Below, piece by piece: positions 59,976 through 64,000 of a stretch of DNA of 64,000 bases. The notes beneath the pieces are model-generated. The model did not search any database. It was given only the letters and a program-made list of their open reading frames with translations, and had not been told where the DNA came from. The number at the start of each line of letters is the position of its first letter. The first letter of the stretch is position 1. This stretch comes from Burkholderiaceae bacterium (GTDB taxonomy: Bacteria; Pseudomonadota; Gammaproteobacteria; Burkholderiales; Burkholderiaceae_F), in assembly GCA_035623355.1 (NCBI GenBank), contig DASPTP010000028.1:320-64319 (forward strand), given 5' to 3'. A program made the translations under genes and the position numbers.

Positions 59976-62317
59976 CAGTTCGGCACTCCTTCCAAGGCCT
60001 TGGCCGCCACCGCGGCGCGAACCGGGCGCTTGCGCCCGGCCATGCCATCGAGTATTCGGTCCGGCGTCAGCGGCAGTGCGTTGAAAGTAACGCCCGTGGC
60101 GTTTTGCACCGCGATAGCCAGTGCCGCGACCATACCGGCAAGCGGACCTTCGCTACCCTCCTTGGCGCCAAAGGGTCCGTTCGGATCCATGCTTTCGACA
60201 ATCGCCACTTCGATGTCCGGAGAGTCGACGCTCGTGGGTACGCGGTACTCGAGGAAATTGGCGGCCGTGTGTTTGCCGTCCTTGTTGTATTGCGTTTGTT
60301 CGCACAGCGCCTGCGCCATTCCCATCCAGACGGCGCCCTGCACCTGTCCCTCCAGCGACAAGGGATTGATGGCGTACCCGCAGTCCATCGCGGCCCAGAC
60401 CTTCTGCACTTTGACCGTGCCGAGCTCCTGGTCCACATCGACCTCCACCCCGATGGCGGCGTACGAAAATCCCATGGTCGAACCGACGGCGCCGCCGCGT
60501 TGTTTGCCACCCTGGAACTCGACGGGGCAAGTGAAAGTGCCCTTGGTTGTTATCGTCCCCGTGTCCACGAGCGCTTCGGCAACGACCTCGTTAAAGGGGA
60601 TCGAACCTCCGTCGTCCCCCGCGGCCCGGTAGACCTCACCGTGACATTCCACCTGTTCGGGCGGCACTTTGAGCCGCTTGGCGGCAGCCTTTACCAAAAT
60701 GAGCTTGAGGTTCTCCGCCGCCTGGATTGCGGCGTTACCGCACATGAAGGTCACGCGCGAGGAATACGAACCGTTGTCCTTCGGAGTGATGGCCGAATCG
60801 TTGGCAATAACACGAACACGCCGGTAGTCGATCCCCAGTATCTCCACCACTGCCTGCGTCATGATGGTCGAGGAGCCCTGTCCGATATCGGAGGCGCCGG
60901 TCAAGATGGTCACCCCGGCGTCAAAGTCGAGCTTCAGAAGGACGGTAGCGTGCGGCTCGCCGGTCCAGTGCACCGGTTTCGCCGCGCCACTGACGTAATG
61001 CGAGCAGGCAATTCCCAGACCGCGGCCACGCGGCATGTTGTCCTTGCGATCCCGCCAGCCGCTGGCGCGCTCGACCTTGTCGATGCATTCGGGCAGTCCG
61101 TAGGACAGCACCTTCAGGCCGTTGATGGTTTCGGTGGGAGCGCGCAGCAGGTTCTTGCGCCGCACTTCGAGCGGATCGAGCCCCAGTTCCCGCGCCATGC
61201 GGTCCAACAGGCATTCGAAGGCATAGCGCGTGTTGACCGTACCGTGGCCGCGCATGGCGCCGCACGGCGGCGTATTGCAGTAAACCCGGTAGCCGTCGTA
61301 CTTGACGGCGGGAATATCGTACAAGCCGTTTAGCAGCGCGCCCGCGTACAAAATCGTGACAATGCCGTATCCACCATAGGCACCACCGCGCATGGCCACT
61401 TCGAGATGGCACGCCGTCAGACGACCGTCGCGTTTCATCCCGATCTTCATGCGCACGTCGCTTTCGGGACGGCCGCGGTGCGTAAGGAAGGTTTCTTCCC
61501 GTGAAAGTTTCATTTTCACGGTTCCGCCGACCGCGCGCGCCAGCAAACCGCAGACGATTTCGAAGTTCAACGTCTCGGTGCGTGCGCCAAAGCCGCCGCC
61601 TACGAAGGGCTTGATGACACGGATGCGCGAAGTATCCATCTGCAGGCACTGCGCAAGCATCAAGTGGACGTAATAGGGAACCTGCGTCACCGAATGCACG
61701 GTCAGGTGGTCGCGCTCCGGGTCGTAGCTTGCCAGACAGGCATGCGGCTCCATGTGCGCGTGCGTGACTTCGGAGGCGTGAAAGACCTCCTCGCGCACCA
61801 GATCGGCCGCCGCAAACCCCGACGCGACGTCGCCAAACTCGTGGTGCACTTCCCGCTCCAGATTGCCCTTTCGGTTCTCGTGCAGCAAAACGGCGGATTC
61901 GGCACGCGCCTGCGCGGCCGTGAAATATGCCGGCAGCTCGCGCACCTCCAAGCGGATCAACTTGAGCGCTTCGGCCGCGGTGGCGTCATCGACCGCGGCA
62001 ACGGCCGCAACCGGCTCACCGAAATAGCGAACCTTCTCGCGCGCCAAGGGGTATTCGTTCTGCGCGATGGGCAAGATGCCGTAGGTCTTGTCACAATTCG
62101 CACCCGTGATAACCCCGACGACGCCCGGCAGCTTAAGTGCCTCGGAGACGTCGACGCGAAGAATCTCGGCATGCGCGTACGGGCTGCGGTAGATGCGGCC
62201 CGCCAGGGCGCCGGGTGCAAACAAATCGGCCGTGTAGCGCGCTTGCCCCGTTACCTTCTCGATGCCATCGACCAACGGGATACGTTCGCCTGCGCCTTTG
62301 AACCTGGTCTGGGTCAT
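59975..62317 (-). CDS. hcrA: 4-hydroxybenzoyl-CoA reductase alpha subunit (molybdopterin, xanthine oxidase family)
   Basis: [49 protein letters not shown]; ATG at 62317. Confidence 0.9.
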   Translation of the reverse strand: MTQTRFKGAGERIPLVDGIEKVTGQARYTADLFAPGALAGRIYRSPYAHAEILRVDVSEALKLPGVVGVITGANCDKTYGILPIAQNEYPLAREKVRYFGEPVAAVAAVDDATAAEALKLIRLEVRELPAYFTAAQARAESAVLLHENRKGNLEREVHHEFGDVASGFAAADLVREEVFHASEVTHAHMEPHACLASYDPERDHLTVHSVTQVPYYVHLMLAQCLQMDTSRIRVIKPFVGGGFGARTETLNFEIVCGLLARAVGGTVKMKLSREETFLTHRGRPESDVRMKIGMKRDGRLTACHLEVAMRGGAYGGYGIVTILYAGALLNGLYDIPAVKYDGYRVYCNTPPCGAMRGHGTVNTRYAFECLLDRMARELGLDPLEVRRKNLLRAPTETINGLKVLSYGLPECIDKVERASGWRDRKDNMPRGRGLGIACSHYVSGAAKPVHWTGEPHATVLLKLDFDAGVTILTGASDIGQGSSTIMTQAVVEILGIDYRRVRVIANDSAITPKDNGSYSSRVTFMCGNAAIQAAENLKLILVKAAAKRLKVPPEQVECHGEVYRAAGDDGGSIPFNEVVAEALVDTGTITTKGTFTCPVEFQGGKQRGGAVGSTMGFSYAAIGVEVDVDQELGTVKVQKVWAAMDCGYAINPLSLEGQVQGAVWMGMAQALCEQTQYNKDGKHTAANFLEYRVPTSVDSPDIEVAIVESMDPNGPFGAKEGSEGPLAGMVAALAIAVQNATGVTFNALPLTPDRILDGMAGRKRPVRAAVAAKALEGVPN

Positions 62318-62802
62318 TTGCCTGCTCCTTGCGCAGTTGCACGAGCCGCGGCGGCGGCCTGGACGGACTCGATGATCTTCGTATAGCCGGTACAGCGACA
62401 CAGGTTACCCGACAGCGCCGTTCGGATCTGTTCGGCCGACGGATCGGGCACGCGGCGCAACAAGGCCTCGGCCGCCATGATCATGCCGGGCGTGCAAAAG
62501 CCGCATTGCGTTCCGAGCTTTTCATTAAATGCCTGCTGCAGAGCCGACAAGCGGCCGCCGCTAGCAAGCGACTCAATCGTTTCGATGTTCCGGCCCGCCA
62601 CGCTGGCCGCAAGCGTCAGGCAGGCCAGCCGCGGCGCCCCATCGACAAGGACCGTGCACGCACCACATTCGCCGCCGTCGCATCCTTGCTTGGTTCCCGT
62701 CAAATGCAGTACTTCGCGCAGGTAGTCGACGAGCAGCAGGTTGTCGGCCACCGCGCTCTCGCGCAACCGCCCATTGACTCGCATCGCAATAACATTCTTC
62801 AC
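62314..62802 (-). CDS. hcrC: 4-hydroxybenzoyl-CoA reductase gamma subunit (2x[2Fe-2S])
   Basis: [33 protein letters not shown]. Confidence 0.9.
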   Translation of the reverse strand: MKNVIAMRVNGRLRESAVADNLLLVDYLREVLHLTGTKQGCDGGECGACTVLVDGAPRLACLTLAASVAGRNIETIESLASGGRLSALQQAFNEKLGTQCGFCTPGMIMAAEALLRRVPDPSAEQIRTALSGNLCRCTGYTKIIESVQAAAAARATAQGAGK

Positions 62803-62829
62803 CGCATCGGCTCCTTGCTCAGGCGTGTT

Positions 62830-63084
62830 TCAGCTTTCGGCTGTCAGCAACTGCTCGAACTTGCGCTGGAGTTGTTCTTTTGTTTCGACGCGCTCGGGAT
62901 TTGGAATGATGCATTCGACGGGGCACGCATCGATGCACTGGGACTCGGCGAAATATCCGACGCATTCGGTGCACTTATCCGAATCGATGACATAGACCGG
63001 ATCACCCGCCGAAATCGCACTATTGGGACATTCGGGTTCACAAGCCGCGCAGTTGACACAGTCTGCGTTAATCATCAAAGCCAT
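62830..63084 (-). CDS. 2x[4Fe-4S] ferredoxin (Allochromatium/YfhL type)
   Basis: CVNCAACEPECP and CTECVG......C...CP with insertion, C-terminal helix. Confidence 0.9.
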   Translation of the reverse strand: MALMINADCVNCAACEPECPNSAISAGDPVYVIDSDKCTECVGYFAESQCIDACPVECIIPNPERVETKEQLQRKFEQLLTAES

Positions 63085-64000
63085 GATGCGCTCCCAGAGC
63101 CGGTTGTTCAATCGTCCAGATATCCCCGCCATTGAGCAGGCGGCCCAGATTTCCGCGCCCCTTGCTCGTGCACGCCTGTTCGTGCAAGCGGCTATTCATT
63201 TCGTCGTACGCAGGCTCGATCACAGCCCGGAAAACGCCCAAAGGCACCGGAAATTGCGGCGCGGGCAGCTGGGCCAGCAGTCCGGCCAGCACGGCGTGCG
63301 CCTGCCTCTCGTCGTGCACCAGCAAGTCGGCTTTCGTTACCCCGGCCTCCCCCAGTCGCACGACCTGCGGTTCGAGGCCGCACAATCGAATGCCTCGGTC
63401 CTTTTCCTTCCCAAACACCAGGGGCTGACCCTGTTCGAGCACCAGGCGCGCATCGTTTCGGGTCGCCTTATCGGTAATTGCGCGATACGCACCGTCGTTA
63501 AAGACCATGCAATTTTGCAGGACCTCGACAAACGCGGTACCCCGGTGCGCGGCCGCGCGCGCCAACACCTGGCCCATGAGCGCCAGATCGTTGTCGACCG
63601 TTCGCGCCACAAAGCTCGCGCCGGCGCCCAGGGCCAACGCCACCGGATTAAACGGTCGGTCGATGCTGCCCGCCGGCGTGCTCCGAGTTTTCTTACCTTG
63701 CTCCGACGTCGGCGAATACTGTCCCTTGGTCAAACCGTAGATCCGGTTGTTCAGCAAAATAATCTTGACATCGACGTTGCGGCGCATCGCATGGATGAAG
63801 TGGTTGCCTCCGATTGCCAGCGCGTCCCCGTCGCCTGTGACGACCCATACCGACAATTCGGGTCGTGCCAGTTTCAGGCCGCTGGCAATGGCTGGCGCGC
63901 GCCCGTGGATGCCGTGCACCCCGTAGGTGTTCATGTAATAGGGAAAGCGACTCGAGCAGCCGATTCCCGAAATGAAAACGAAATTCTCGCGTGCAATGCC
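63068..64000 (-). CDS. korB: 2-oxoglutarate:ferredoxin oxidoreductase beta subunit (5' end outside window)
   Basis: ISGIGCSSRFPYYMNTYG.HGIHGR, GDGDALAIGGNH, NN.IYGLTKGQYSPTS, QNC; upstream of fdx-hcrCAB. Confidence 0.85.
   Translation of the reverse strand, partial: GIARENFVFISGIGCSSRFPYYMNTYGVHGIHGRAPAIASGLKLARPELSVWVVTGDGDALAIGGNHFIHAMRRNVDVKIILLNNRIYGLTKGQYSPTSEQGKKTRSTPAGSIDRPFNPVALALGAGASFVARTVDNDLALMGQVLARAAAHRGTAFVEVLQNCMVFNDGAYRAITDKATRNDARLVLEQGQPLVFGKEKDRGIRLCGLEPQVVRLGEAGVTKADLLVHDERQAHAVLAGLLAQLPAPQFPVPLGVFRAVIEPAYDEMNSRLHEQACTSKGRGNLGRLLNGGDIWTIEQPALGAHHGFDD

Noticed and set aside
58446-61333. Long plus-strand ORFs (728 aa and 700 aa), and similar ones at 43562-44971, 51954-53429, 6772-7878 and 3602-4669
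   Set aside because: They are antisense shadows of well-supported genes in high-GC DNA and carry no recognisable motifs.

Overview
GC-rich (about 60-65% by eye) bacterial chromosomal segment, probably from a facultatively anaerobic betaproteobacterium (inferred from gene content). No rRNA, tRNA, CRISPR or intact mobile element was seen. The left part (1-25.3 kb) is mixed housekeeping and stress content: an orphan IS630-type HTH, a hyaluronan-synthase-like GT2, Lon, a four-gene 2-oxoacid oxidoreductase operon with two flavoproteins, a fluoride riboswitch-crcB operon, an MCE/Mla ABC system, glgP, tal and a C-terminally truncated glgC. The right part (25.6-64 kb) is a large anaerobic aromatic-catabolism region funnelling to benzoyl-CoA. 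(i) Phenylacetate: padBCD, paaK, a Liv-type ABC importer and paaX, with twin PaaX-type operators and an FNR-like box, but no padEFGHI. (ii) Phenol: a sigma54/XylR-controlled operon ppsA-ppsB-ppcB-Tm1-like-Nudix-ppsC-ubiX-metallophosphoesterase-TIGR02444, followed by an MFS gene. (iii) 4-Hydroxybenzoate: korB-fdx-hcrCAB, an aryl-CoA ligase, an ABC importer and MarR. The best novelty candidates are a LivF ATPase fused to an intact hemerythrin-like (HHE) domain, possibly an O2/redox-gated importer, and a stripped-down phenylphosphate carboxylase module with one UbiD, no PpcA/C/D, and candidate replacement and prFMN-supply proteins. All family calls come from motifs and recalled similarity, not database searches.
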